NCBI GenBank assembly: GCA_035257485.1
Contig: DATEWZ010000092.1
Location: 4,399 to 68,398, forward strand
Reading direction: 5' to 3'
Length of the DNA stretch: 64,000 nucleotides
Source of the DNA: Chthoniobacterales bacterium
GTDB lineage: Bacteria > Verrucomicrobiota > Verrucomicrobiia > Chthoniobacterales > UBA10450
Both the position numbers and the translations under genes were made by a program. Below are positions 26,894 to 35,551 of the stretch, piece after piece. Position 1 is the first letter of the stretch; the number at the start of each line of letters is the position of its first letter. Under the pieces are notes generated by a model. The model was not told the origin of the DNA. It made no database searches and was given only the letters and a program-made list of their open reading frames with translations.

Positions 26894-27775
26894 CTACAGC
26901 CCAATCGGGTGCCAGGCCGTTTTCATCTCGACCGTGTCGAGAATCCAGTAGGGATTTTCGGCGTCCGGACCGCGCCAGGCATTTTCGGAAAGGTCGCGGC
27001 GGGCGTAACGCTTCACGTTCAATTCGCCGCCGCGTTGCAGCGCGGCGCCGATCTTCGGGTCGCCACTTCCATCAACAATTGCGTTAACGTCCATGTGAGT
27101 CGCGATGTGCGGCGCGAGCTCGGCGCGATCGCCCGCCAGCACGTTAATCACGCCGCCCGGCAAATCGCTCGTGGCGATGATCTCCGAAAAGGTGAGCGCC
27201 GGCAGCGGTTTGGTCGGGGAAACAAGCACGATCGCGCAATTGCCGCTCAGGATTACCGGCATGACGAGCGACACGAACCCGAGCAACGGCGGTTCGTCGG
27301 GACAAATCACAACGACGACCCCGGTTGGTTCCGGCGTGGTAAAATTAAAGTGCGAGCTGGCGACCGGATTCACCGCGCCAAAAATCTGGGTGAACTTGTC
27401 GGTCCAGCCGGCGTAATGCACCAACCGGTCGATCGCGAGCGTCGTCTCCGATGACGATGTCGATCTTGTGTTGCTGTTCGAGCGCGCGATCTCGCTTTGC
27501 AACTCGCTGCGGCGCATCTCGAGCATCTCGGCCGCGCGATAGAGGATCTGGCCACGCAAGTAGGCGCTTTGTTTCGACCAGTTCGGAAAGGCCGCCCGCG
27601 CGGCGACGACGGCATCGCGCAAATCTTTCTTCGACGCGCGGCAGAAATTGGCCAGCAACGCGCCACCCTTTCCGCGCGCCGGAAGAACGCGGCCATTCTC
27701 ACCGCGGACGAACTTGCCGCCAACGAAAAGTTTGTAAGTCTTTTGGACGGCCAGTCGGGTTTGCTTTCTTTGCAC
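26894..27775 (-). CDS. aldehyde dehydrogenase-like protein lacking the catalytic (Cys) domain; possible pseudogene
   Basis: The ALDH N-terminal/NAD-binding region (TYKLFVGGKFVRGENGR...PEPTGVVVVICP...DVNAIVDGSGDPKIGAAL...GELNVKR) stops about 25 aa after the ELGGK-equivalent motif. Start placed at GTG 27775, because the upstream ORF part overlaps the fcl remnant on the other strand. Confidence 0.6.
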   Translation of the reverse strand: MQRKQTRLAVQKTYKLFVGGKFVRGENGRVLPARGKGGALLANFCRASKKDLRDAVVAARAAFPNWSKQSAYLRGQILYRAAEMLEMRRSELQSEIARSNSNTRSTSSSETTLAIDRLVHYAGWTDKFTQIFGAVNPVASSHFNFTTPEPTGVVVVICPDEPPLLGFVSLVMPVILSGNCAIVLVSPTKPLPALTFSEIIATSDLPGGVINVLAGDRAELAPHIATHMDVNAIVDGSGDPKIGAALQRGGELNVKRYARRDLSENAWRGPDAENPYWILDTVEMKTAWHPIGL

Positions 27776-27823
27776 GGACTGAGGATTGCGTAAAACTGCG
27801 GGAAAGGAAATGCTAAAGCGCTG

Positions 27824-28042
27824 ATGCCGATTCAAAAGACAGATAAGATCTTCATCGCCGGCCACCGCGGGATGGTTGGTTTCGATGGCGATCTTACCTG
27901 GGACAAGACCAAACCGGACGGGACGCCGAGAAAACTTCTCGATGTTTCCAAGTTGCGCGCGCTCGGCTGGACACCGACCATTCCGCTTCGTGACGGCATC
28001 GCGCGCACCTACGACTGGTTTCTGAAAAACATCGCCCAATGA
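27824..28042 (+). pseudogene. fcl: GDP-L-fucose synthase remnant with a large in-frame internal deletion
   Basis: The 72-aa ORF joins the Fcl N-terminus (KIFIAGHRGMVG) directly to the Fcl C-terminus (DKTKPDGTPRKLLDVSKLRALGW...TYDWFLKN). About 250 central codons of a normal Fcl are absent. Confidence 0.8.
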
Positions 28043-28959
28043 ATAAACTTCGCGTCGGCGTTGTCGGCGTCGGCCACATCGGAACCAATCACGCTCGAAT
28101 TTATTCCGAGATCGCGCCGGTGGCGGATTTCACCGCGATCTACGATGTCGATCCTGGCCGCGCGAATTCAATCGCGCGAAAGTACGGTGGCACAGCCGCG
28201 AAATCGCTCGACGAATTTGCGGAGATGGTGGACGCAGCATCGATTGCCACGCCGACGAACTCGCACCACGAAATCGCGCTGCCGCTGCTGCAGCGGGGCA
28301 AGCATTTGCTCGTCGAAAAACCAATCGCCGAAAATCCGCAACACGCGACCGAGCTGGCCGAACTGGCGGCGAAAAATCAATTGATCCTGCAAGTCGGCCA
28401 CGTCGAGCGGTTCAATCCCGTTTTGAGCGCGCTCGAATCGCGCCTAACCCATCCGCGATTTATCGAGGCGCATCGTCTTTCGCCTTATCCAAATCGCAGC
28501 ACCGACATCGGCGTCGTGCTCGATCTGATGATCCACGATCTGGAAATCATTTTGCATCTCGTCAGCTCCTCCGTGCAAAGCATCGATGCGGTCGGCATTC
28601 CGGTTTTGAGCAAGAGCGAAGACATCGCCAACGCGCGGATTCGTTTTGAAAACGGCTGTGTCGCGAACGTGACTTCCAGCCGGATCAGCCCTGAGCGAAT
28701 GCGCAAGATCCGCGTTTTCCAGGAAGACGCTTATCTCTCGCTCGATTACGAAAAACAAAGCGGCGAGATCTATCGGCGCGAGGGCGGCAAGATCACGCGC
28801 GACAAAGTTCCAATCGAGCGCGACGAACCGTTGAAGCAACAGCTCGTGTCGTTCATCGAATGCGCCAGCACGGGGCGACAGCCGAAGGTTTCCGGATTTC
28901 AAGCGACGGCCGCGCTCGAGCTGGCCGTCCAGATTACGAAGAAGATCCAAAATCCGTGA
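28039..28959 (+). CDS. Gfo/Idh/MocA-family oxidoreductase (possibly UDP-GlcNAc 3-dehydrogenase, GnnA-like)
   Basis: The Rossmann motif LRVGVVGVGHIGTNHA and EKP motif (LLVEKPIA) are present. The gene sits immediately upstream of lpxB. Confidence 0.8.
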   Translation: MNKLRVGVVGVGHIGTNHARIYSEIAPVADFTAIYDVDPGRANSIARKYGGTAAKSLDEFAEMVDAASIATPTNSHHEIALPLLQRGKHLLVEKPIAENPQHATELAELAAKNQLILQVGHVERFNPVLSALESRLTHPRFIEAHRLSPYPNRSTDIGVVLDLMIHDLEIILHLVSSSVQSIDAVGIPVLSKSEDIANARIRFENGCVANVTSSRISPERMRKIRVFQEDAYLSLDYEKQSGEIYRREGGKITRDKVPIERDEPLKQQLVSFIECASTGRQPKVSGFQATAALELAVQITKKIQNP

Positions 28960-28987
28960 CTCTTGCTTGTCACTCGTCACGCGTCAC
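28956..28987. repeat. inverted copy of the GTGACGA word array (TTGTCAC TCGTCAC GCGTCAC) plus a GTGAC/GTCAC hairpin
   Basis: Direct read. It overlaps the stop codon of the oxidoreductase gene. Confidence 0.8.
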
Positions 28988-29029
28988 TTGCCTGCCACGC
29001 CGTAGCGGAGCGAAGGCGGGTCACTGGCT

Positions 29030-30196
29030 TTGAAAATCATTTACTTCGTCGCGGGCGAGGCAAGCGCGGACAATCACGGAGCGGCGTTGATGCGGGCGTT
29101 GCGCGGCGCGGATGCCGATCTTCGATTCATTGGACGGGGCGGACCGCAAATGAAATCGGTCGCGGGTGCGGATTTCAATAACTGGATCGACAAGTCGGGC
29201 GTGCTCGGACTTTGGGAGGTGATCAAGCATTACGGTTATTTCCGAAAACAATTTCAAGAAACACTGCGCGAAATCACGGAAAGCAAACCGAACGCGGTTG
29301 TGCCGATCGATTACCCGGGATTTAACTTGCGACTCGCACGCGCTCTCCGAAAAAGATCACCTTCACAAAAAATAATCTACTACATCAGCCCGCAGGTTTG
29401 GGCCTGGAACCGCGGCCGAATCAAGAAGATGGCGCGCTGGCTCGATTTGATGCTCTGCATTTTTCCGTTCGAAGCTGATCTCTATAACGAAAGCGGGTTG
29501 CGCGCGATTTTCGTCGGGCATCCAATGATCGAGCGCTTGGCCGCGAAGAAGGTCGGCCCGCCTTCGCCGAACGTCAGTCCGGCTCGGACCTCCGGCGTCG
29601 CAGGCATTCAGCGAGACGCGAACCTGGTCGGGTTGTTTCCAGGAAGTCGCGCGCGCGAGATCCGAAAGATTTTTCCGATCCTGATCGAGACCGCGCGGGT
29701 GTTGCGAAAATCAAAACCGAATCTGCGTTTTGAAATTGCGGCCGCATCTGAAGATCTCGCGCGGCAAATCGATTCGATGTTGGATCCGCACGATCCATCT
29801 TTGTTCAAGATCAAGGTGGGCGAGGCGTCTGAAATCATGCAGCGCGCGTTCGTCGGAATCGTTGCATCCGGAAGCGCAACGCTCGAGGCGGCATATTTTC
29901 GAATGCCTTTCGCGCTGATTTACAAAGTGGCGTGGCCCACTTACGTCGCGGGGCGGCTTTTGGTAAAAGTGAAATTTCTTGGAATGCCGAACGTTCTTGC
30001 GAACAAAGAAATGGTTCCCGAATTCATCCAACATCGCGCCCGGCCGACCGAGCTTGCCAAAGCGGTCGCGCAATTGATCGACGATTCACACGTCCGTCAG
30101 CAAATGATCTGGGAGTTCGACAAAATCGAGAAATTGCTCGGCGAATCAGGCGCGAGCGCGCGGGCGGCGCAGGCGATTCTCGCGGAAATCGCTTAG
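29030..30196 (+). CDS. lpxB: lipid-A-disaccharide synthase
   Basis: IYFVAGEASADNHGAALMRAL...YYISPQVWAWN...GSRAREI is the LpxB pattern. Confidence 0.9.
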   Translation: MKIIYFVAGEASADNHGAALMRALRGADADLRFIGRGGPQMKSVAGADFNNWIDKSGVLGLWEVIKHYGYFRKQFQETLREITESKPNAVVPIDYPGFNLRLARALRKRSPSQKIIYYISPQVWAWNRGRIKKMARWLDLMLCIFPFEADLYNESGLRAIFVGHPMIERLAAKKVGPPSPNVSPARTSGVAGIQRDANLVGLFPGSRAREIRKIFPILIETARVLRKSKPNLRFEIAAASEDLARQIDSMLDPHDPSLFKIKVGEASEIMQRAFVGIVASGSATLEAAYFRMPFALIYKVAWPTYVAGRLLVKVKFLGMPNVLANKEMVPEFIQHRARPTELAKAVAQLIDDSHVRQQMIWEFDKIEKLLGESGASARAAQAILAEIA

Positions 30197-30202
30197 ATCG
30201 AC

Positions 30203-31666
30203 ATGAACCTGCTCGAAGATCGCCGAACATTTTGGACGCTCGCTGCGATCATGATCGTTTTGTTTTCGATCACGAATTTGCCGTGGCAGCTCGACGATTA
30301 CGACCAGGCGAAGCAAGCCTGGACCTCATACGAAATGGTGACCGAGGGGCACTGGTTTTATCAACGCACCTCGGACGACCAAGGTCTTGCCACTAAACCG
30401 CCGCTGACCGGTTGGATGTCGGCCGCGGTTTTTGAGGTCACGCGATCGTGGGACATCGCGTGGCGATTGCCGTCATTTGTCTGCGCCGCGCTGATTGCTT
30501 TCCTGCTGTTTCGAAATGGCTCGCGTGCATACGGAAACGTTGCGGGGCTCATCGCGTTCGCGGCGTTCGGGTTCAACTTGTTGAGCGCGCGGCTCGCAAC
30601 CCTCGTGCGCTCGGACATGCCGCTCGCGCTCGTTATTTTTCTGATCGGACTTTTGATTTGGGAAAAAACTCGCACGCGTGAACCGTGGTCGAGACGCGAG
30701 CGCTGGATCATGTTCGGTCTGCTGACGGCCGGGATGTTGATCAAGGGTCCGATCGTTTACGCATTTCTGTTGCCGGGAATTGTCGCGTGTCAGTTTATCC
30801 TTCGAAAAAGCGAAAACGCAAAAGCGTGGGGCGCTTGGTGGCCGTGGTTCGCATCGCTCGCGATTTTTTTGATGTGGGTCATCGCCGGCTGTCTTTGGGT
30901 GCCGCGGTTCTACGAGCTCGTCGTGGTCCGTGAATTTCTCGCGCGCTTCAGCGAAGTCGGCACTCATGTGCACCGCGCGCAATCGTTTTTCTTCTACATC
31001 CCGCACCTGCTTCACAAATTTTTTCCGTGGAGCGCGGTCCTGATCGGATTGGCGGTTGTCGATCTTCGCGCGCGCCGCTGGAGTTTACGCAACGCGTTGC
31101 GTGAGATTTCTCCGGAAACGCTTTGGCTAATTTGTTGGAGCATCGGCGGACTCTTATTGATGTCGATCATTCCATCGAAACGAGTCGATCGGATTTTCTC
31201 GATCATTCCGCCGCTTTGTTTGCTCCTTGCCGCACAAACGGCCGGATTTCTGAGCCCAGTTGAATCGCGCGCGCGAAACTCGAAATGGATCGTCGCCACA
31301 TTATCGATCGCGATTTTGTTTACGATTGGTTATGCATCAAGCAGAGTTTTCGGCGGTTACCGCGACCATCGCGACGCGTTGTCGATCTTCGGACGGCAAG
31401 TGCGCGAAGAAGCGGCAAGAAACCATTGGCGGTACGAAGCGGTCGGCTCAACGGACGAAGGACTGCCGCTTTATTTGACGCGTCCGCATTTTCTAAAACC
31501 CGACGTGGCGATCGCGAAATGGAACAAGGGCGAGATCGATGCCCTGGCAATCCCGGCAAATCAGACCCTCGATTTCATTCGTGAATTGCACGGCGTCTCC
31601 AAACGTTTCGAGTCCGCTCCGCGCAAGCATCTGCGTCGGCCGAATTACGTTTTGTTGACCCGCTAA
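30203..31666 (+). CDS. GT39/GT83-type (ArnT/PMT-like) membrane glycosyltransferase
   Basis: 487 aa polytopic protein. An N-terminal loop with DDYDQAKQ (DxD/E-like), followed by multiple TMs, is typical of ArnT-like enzymes. Confidence 0.75.
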   Translation: MNLLEDRRTFWTLAAIMIVLFSITNLPWQLDDYDQAKQAWTSYEMVTEGHWFYQRTSDDQGLATKPPLTGWMSAAVFEVTRSWDIAWRLPSFVCAALIAFLLFRNGSRAYGNVAGLIAFAAFGFNLLSARLATLVRSDMPLALVIFLIGLLIWEKTRTREPWSRRERWIMFGLLTAGMLIKGPIVYAFLLPGIVACQFILRKSENAKAWGAWWPWFASLAIFLMWVIAGCLWVPRFYELVVVREFLARFSEVGTHVHRAQSFFFYIPHLLHKFFPWSAVLIGLAVVDLRARRWSLRNALREISPETLWLICWSIGGLLLMSIIPSKRVDRIFSIIPPLCLLLAAQTAGFLSPVESRARNSKWIVATLSIAILFTIGYASSRVFGGYRDHRDALSIFGRQVREEAARNHWRYEAVGSTDEGLPLYLTRPHFLKPDVAIAKWNKGEIDALAIPANQTLDFIRELHGVSKRFESAPRKHLRRPNYVLLTR

Positions 31667-31721
31667 AAGCGCAAAAGGCTCGACTTTCGCGGGCAGCATT
31701 TTACTCTCGCGCGCACCGCAG

Positions 31722-32249
31722 ATGGCTGAGGAATTCCCGAGAGAAGAGATCGAAAAGCTTTGGGCGCCATGGCGCGTGGAATATTTCGAGAAGGAACCGC
31801 GTGACATGGAATTCCTCATGGCCGCGGCGCGAGCGAGCGATGACGCCGCGCACCTGGTCGTTACGCGCCGAAAGACGGCGTTCCTGATGATGAATCGTTA
31901 CCCGTACTCAGTCGGCCATCTCATGGCGGTGCCGTACAAGAAAACGGCCGATCTCGCGTCGTTGGGCGAAAACGAAATCGTCGAGCTTTGGGAATTGGTT
32001 GTGCACGCGCAAGCATTGCTGCGCGCAGTCGCGCGAGCGCAGGGATTCAATATCGGATTGAATCTCGGCGAATCAGCCGGCGCGGGAGTGGCCGATCATT
32101 TGCACATTCACATCGTGCCGCGTTGGAGAGGCGACACGAATTTCATGCCGGTGATCGCCGGAACGAAAACAATTTCAGAAGGACTGCGGGCGCTTTACGA
32201 CAAACTGATGTCGGCGCAGGAAAAAATCGAGAAGGAGAAGAAACGATGA
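31722..32249 (+). CDS. HIT-family nucleotide hydrolase/transferase
   Basis: Histidine triad HLHIHIVPRW. Confidence 0.88.
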   Translation: MAEEFPREEIEKLWAPWRVEYFEKEPRDMEFLMAAARASDDAAHLVVTRRKTAFLMMNRYPYSVGHLMAVPYKKTADLASLGENEIVELWELVVHAQALLRAVARAQGFNIGLNLGESAGAGVADHLHIHIVPRWRGDTNFMPVIAGTKTISEGLRALYDKLMSAQEKIEKEKKR

Positions 32250-33004
32250 ACAGCACCTCGTCGTGGATCGAACCGCCGCCGCAACGTCACGGAGTCGGCT
32301 GCTTCGTGAAAGGGTGTCTGATCCTCGTCGTCTTCGTGATCCTCCTCGCGCTCTCTTTTGTCGCGGGATATTATTTCGCGCAGAAGCACGAATATTTTTC
32401 GACGCACCATGAACCGCTTCCGACAAGCCACGCCACCGTTGAAGAGGAAAATGAAGTTCGCGCCCGATGGGACACTTTTGACAAAGCGGCAAAAGCAAAC
32501 GAGTCCGCGCGCATTGAGCTGTCGGTTGACGATGTCAACGCGTTGATCGCATCCGAGCCGAAATTGCGCGGCAACGCCTACGTGGCGATCGACGGCAGCA
32601 CCGGCCATTTACAAATCAGCATGCCGTTGGCGAAAGGGCGCTGGTTCCGCGGCCGCTACCTCAACGCGCAATGCTCCGTCCAATCAGGAACCGATGGAAG
32701 ACCGCAAGACGTGCGCATTACCAGCATCATGGTTAATGGCCGGCCGGTGGGAGACGAAGTCCTGGAATGGAAATACGGACGGCTGCCATCGTTCAGAAGT
32801 CTTATCGCCAGTTGGTTTTGGGAAACGAATCTCAAGACCTTGGAGATCTCTGACGGGAAAGTGATTTTGGAATCGAAGAGCACGACCAACGAAGATCCCT
32901 TCGCGTTAGAATCGCTATCGCCGTCGCCATCATCAACTCAATCACCAACGCTGAGACTGGCAACCACGCCAACGCCAACGCCAAGCTCTCCGGCGACGCC
33001 GTAA
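32246..33004 (+). CDS. membrane-anchored hypothetical protein
   Basis: Start at the ATGA overlap with the HIT stop. TM anchor GCLILVVFVILLALSFVAGYYF and a C-terminal S/P/T tail. The upstream part of the 338-aa ORF lies out of frame inside the HIT gene. Confidence 0.6.
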   Translation: MNSTSSWIEPPPQRHGVGCFVKGCLILVVFVILLALSFVAGYYFAQKHEYFSTHHEPLPTSHATVEEENEVRARWDTFDKAAKANESARIELSVDDVNALIASEPKLRGNAYVAIDGSTGHLQISMPLAKGRWFRGRYLNAQCSVQSGTDGRPQDVRITSIMVNGRPVGDEVLEWKYGRLPSFRSLIASWFWETNLKTLEISDGKVILESKSTTNEDPFALESLSPSPSSTQSPTLRLATTPTPTPSSPATP

Positions 33005-33012
33005 CGGTCGAG

Positions 33013-34623
33013 CTACTGCATAATTTCGCGCGCGAAAACGTTGAGCTGACCGTCTTCCTGTTTGCGAACTTCCGTGATTTCGAGCGGGCGCGCTTCGTCG
33101 CGACTGAAGGTCGATCCTCGCGTCGGCGGCGTGTAGCCGGCCGGAAACTCAACGATGATTCGCGTCGGGGCAGCGCCGAAATGCAAAACCGAATCGGTCA
33201 GCTTGCCGCGCGGACGCAACACCGCGCGGTTGGCATCCGAAAAATTCACGACGAACTGTCCTTTCAGATAAATTCGCTCGCCGCCCGTTCCTTGATCAGC
33301 AATCTCTTTGAGATCGCTCGTCGCAATCAATCGACCGAGCGGCATTTTCCCGGCCGGAAAAGTTTTCCACGTTCCACCGCCGGTCGTTGAAGCCAAAGTT
33401 CCGACGTCGTTCTGGGGCGGTTGAACTGGTTGGGCGCGGACCGGAGTTTGCACGGCTTGCGCGACTGCGATCTGTGGAGGCGACGATTGCGCCGACGCGG
33501 GTTGCGGCGGCCGACTCTTGGTCGGAGCCGGAGGCGGTGAATTCTGCGCGATTGGCGCTAAACCAACCGGTGCCGGCGGGGGTGGAGAGGCTTGCGCGAC
33601 AGCGGACGCGCTCGCGGCCGGCGAAGGAGAACCCTTTTTGCCTTTCGCGAGTTTTCCTTTCGGCGTCGGCGTCGCCTTGGCCGATTTGTTTTTTGCCTGT
33701 GCCTGAACAATCGGCGGCGGTGTGACCGCTTTTGCCGGTTCAACGCGCACGAGCTGATTTTCAGGTGGCGGCGGCGTTCCTGCCGGAGCAAAACCGGGGA
33801 CCGTAACTTGCGCGGGGGTCTGCGGTTGACCACGTCCCTCCTTGAACTGCGCGAAATGCATTTCCGCACGCGTTCGGGATTGTTCTTTAAATAACGGCCA
33901 ACCGGCGTCGAGATTCAGACTCAGCGGTGGCTCAAGGCTGAATGTACCAGTGCCGCGCATCACGGTGTAAGTTCCATAAAGCAACGGGATCGCGGTCAAC
34001 ATGACGCGGCCATCGGGAAAGCGCTCGACATGAATCACTGCCGACAAATCGTGGGCGCGATCGAGTTTTAATTCCAGGCCGGTGGTGAGCGTTTGCTTGA
34101 TCAATGGGACCGTTGGCGGTTCGGACGGATAGATGTGCTCCATCAATAGCTCCGGATCTTCGATTGAATTCGTCAGTGCAACCATTCCCGACGTGAAGAT
34201 GTCGCTTGAGCTCAGATCACGCGCTTCCTCGATCACGTAGCGGCCGACGACGTAGGGAACGAGTCCGCGCACTTGTTGAAAATTGCGGATGTAATTGCGC
34301 GCCAGCTCGGCGTTCGTTTTGGCGAACTCGGCCGAACCCATTGTGTTGTAGCGATCGTAAAGTTGTTTCGCGCTGAGAAATTCTCCGGCCGGTGCGGCCG
34401 TTAACTCGAAACGCTTCGGCGGCTCGACCTTATGGAGCTTTTGCAAAATCCGGTAACTGTCCGGCCGCTCCGGTTGGCTGAAGATGTAAAAACTGCCGAG
34501 CCAGGCCGCGAACGCGAAGCCGGTCAGCAACAAAATCGCAACCGTCCACGCGAAATAATTGATCCGGCGCCGGACCGGGCGCGAGTACGGTTCGTCGTAG
34601 CGATAAAGTCCGTAGTCTGCCAT
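33013..34623 (-). CDS. membrane-anchored protein with a long Pro/Ala-rich linker
   Basis: 536 aa. N-terminal TM (FAWTVAILLLTGFAFAAWLGSFYIF), folded domains at both ends, and a central PPPAP-type low-complexity segment. Confidence 0.65.
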   Translation of the reverse strand: MADYGLYRYDEPYSRPVRRRINYFAWTVAILLLTGFAFAAWLGSFYIFSQPERPDSYRILQKLHKVEPPKRFELTAAPAGEFLSAKQLYDRYNTMGSAEFAKTNAELARNYIRNFQQVRGLVPYVVGRYVIEEARDLSSSDIFTSGMVALTNSIEDPELLMEHIYPSEPPTVPLIKQTLTTGLELKLDRAHDLSAVIHVERFPDGRVMLTAIPLLYGTYTVMRGTGTFSLEPPLSLNLDAGWPLFKEQSRTRAEMHFAQFKEGRGQPQTPAQVTVPGFAPAGTPPPPENQLVRVEPAKAVTPPPIVQAQAKNKSAKATPTPKGKLAKGKKGSPSPAASASAVAQASPPPPAPVGLAPIAQNSPPPAPTKSRPPQPASAQSSPPQIAVAQAVQTPVRAQPVQPPQNDVGTLASTTGGGTWKTFPAGKMPLGRLIATSDLKEIADQGTGGERIYLKGQFVVNFSDANRAVLRPRGKLTDSVLHFGAAPTRIIVEFPAGYTPPTRGSTFSRDEARPLEITEVRKQEDGQLNVFAREIMQ

Positions 34624-34652
34624 CTAAATCGAAGAGGTTCGCGGTTGCGAGT

Positions 34653-35006
34653 TCACGATCCGGGGCGGACTGGCGTTTCTTTAGCCGCTTCGAATGAGGT
34701 TCCGCATCCGCAAGTGCGGCTCGCGTTCGGATTCGTGATTTGGAACCCCGTTCCAGTCAGACCGTCGCGAAAATCGAGCGTTGCGCCGCGCAAATACTCG
34801 GCGCTCTCGTTATCGATGAAAAACTCAACGCCGTCGCGCTCAACCACTTCATCGCCGGTTTTCTTTTCGTCCAGCGTCATCTCGTAGTGCAGACCCGAGC
34901 AACCGCCTTTGGTGATCTGCACACGCAAACCTTTCCCGGCGTTTTGCTTTTGCGCTTCGAGCAACGCGCGCAACTGCCGCGCCGCGTTCTGGGTGACGTT
35001 TATCAT
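34653..35006 (-). CDS. erpA: iron-sulfur cluster insertion protein (HesB/IscA/ErpA family)
   Basis: GGCSGLHYEM... and a C-terminal CGCGTSF motif. Confidence 0.9.
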   Translation of the reverse strand: MINVTQNAARQLRALLEAQKQNAGKGLRVQITKGGCSGLHYEMTLDEKKTGDEVVERDGVEFFIDNESAEYLRGATLDFRDGLTGTGFQITNPNASRTCGCGTSFEAAKETPVRPGS

Positions 35007-35052
35007 CGGCCTACAAATTACGATCTGGGCGCTTTAAGTCAAAAGAGCGCCG

Positions 35053-35122
35053 GTTGAGAAGTTGAGCGGTTGAGCCGTTGAGAGGACGCTGATTAAGCGT
35101 TGAGCTGTTGAGAGGTTGAGCG
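35053..35122. repeat. (GTTGAGNN) octamer word arrays, 4+3 copies, upstream of four-helix-bundle gene 1
   Basis: GTTGAG starts at 35053, 35061, 35069, 35077 and at 35099, 35107, 35115. Confidence 0.85.
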
Positions 35123-35134
35123 GAAAATGCATAC

Positions 35135-35512
35135 ATGAAAACGCCCCACCAGTATTCATTTGAGAAGCTTCGTGTCTGGCAAGCCGCACGACACCTCGCC
35201 AAACAAGTTTACATTACAACTGCAACTTTCCCGCAGCGCGAGATTTACGGGCTGACGAGTCAGTGTAATCGTGCATCGGTTTCGGTGGCGGCAAACTTGG
35301 CAGAAGGAAGTTCTCGTCGCAGTCGGAAAGATCAGGCGCATTTTTCTGAAATCGCTTATTCATCGCTACTGGAACTTGCGTGTCTGCTCGTTCTTTGTAG
35401 CGACGTTGGCGTGTTGAACGCCGAATCCGAACAGCGGTTGCGCATTTCCATTGAGCAGCTTTCGGCACAGATAAACGCGCTGCACTGCAGTCAACGCGGT
35501 GGAACTGTATAA
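35135..35512 (+). CDS. four-helix-bundle protein (23S rRNA IVS-protein / Avd-like family)
   Basis: FEKLRVWQAARHLAKQVY...QCNRASVSVAANLAEGSSRRSRKDQAHF...SLLELACLL is the family pattern. Confidence 0.85.
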   Translation: MKTPHQYSFEKLRVWQAARHLAKQVYITTATFPQREIYGLTSQCNRASVSVAANLAEGSSRRSRKDQAHFSEIAYSSLLELACLLVLCSDVGVLNAESEQRLRISIEQLSAQINALHCSQRGGTV

Positions 35513-35515
35513 CTC

Positions 35516-35547
35516 CTCAACCACTCAACGTCTCAACTCCTCAACTT
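35516..35547. repeat. (CTCAACNN)x4 octamer array, inverted partner of 35053-35122
   Basis: CTCAAC starts at 35516, 35524, 35532, 35540. The array fills the spacer between the four-helix-bundle gene and mutL. Confidence 0.85.
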
Positions 35548-35551
35548 CCGC

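Noticed and set aside
35053-35547. CRISPR array interpretation of the short tandem repeats (also 39666-41655, 18073-18100)
   Set aside because: The repeat unit is only 7-9 nt with no unique spacers of ~30 nt, and no cas genes are present. These are word arrays, not CRISPRs.
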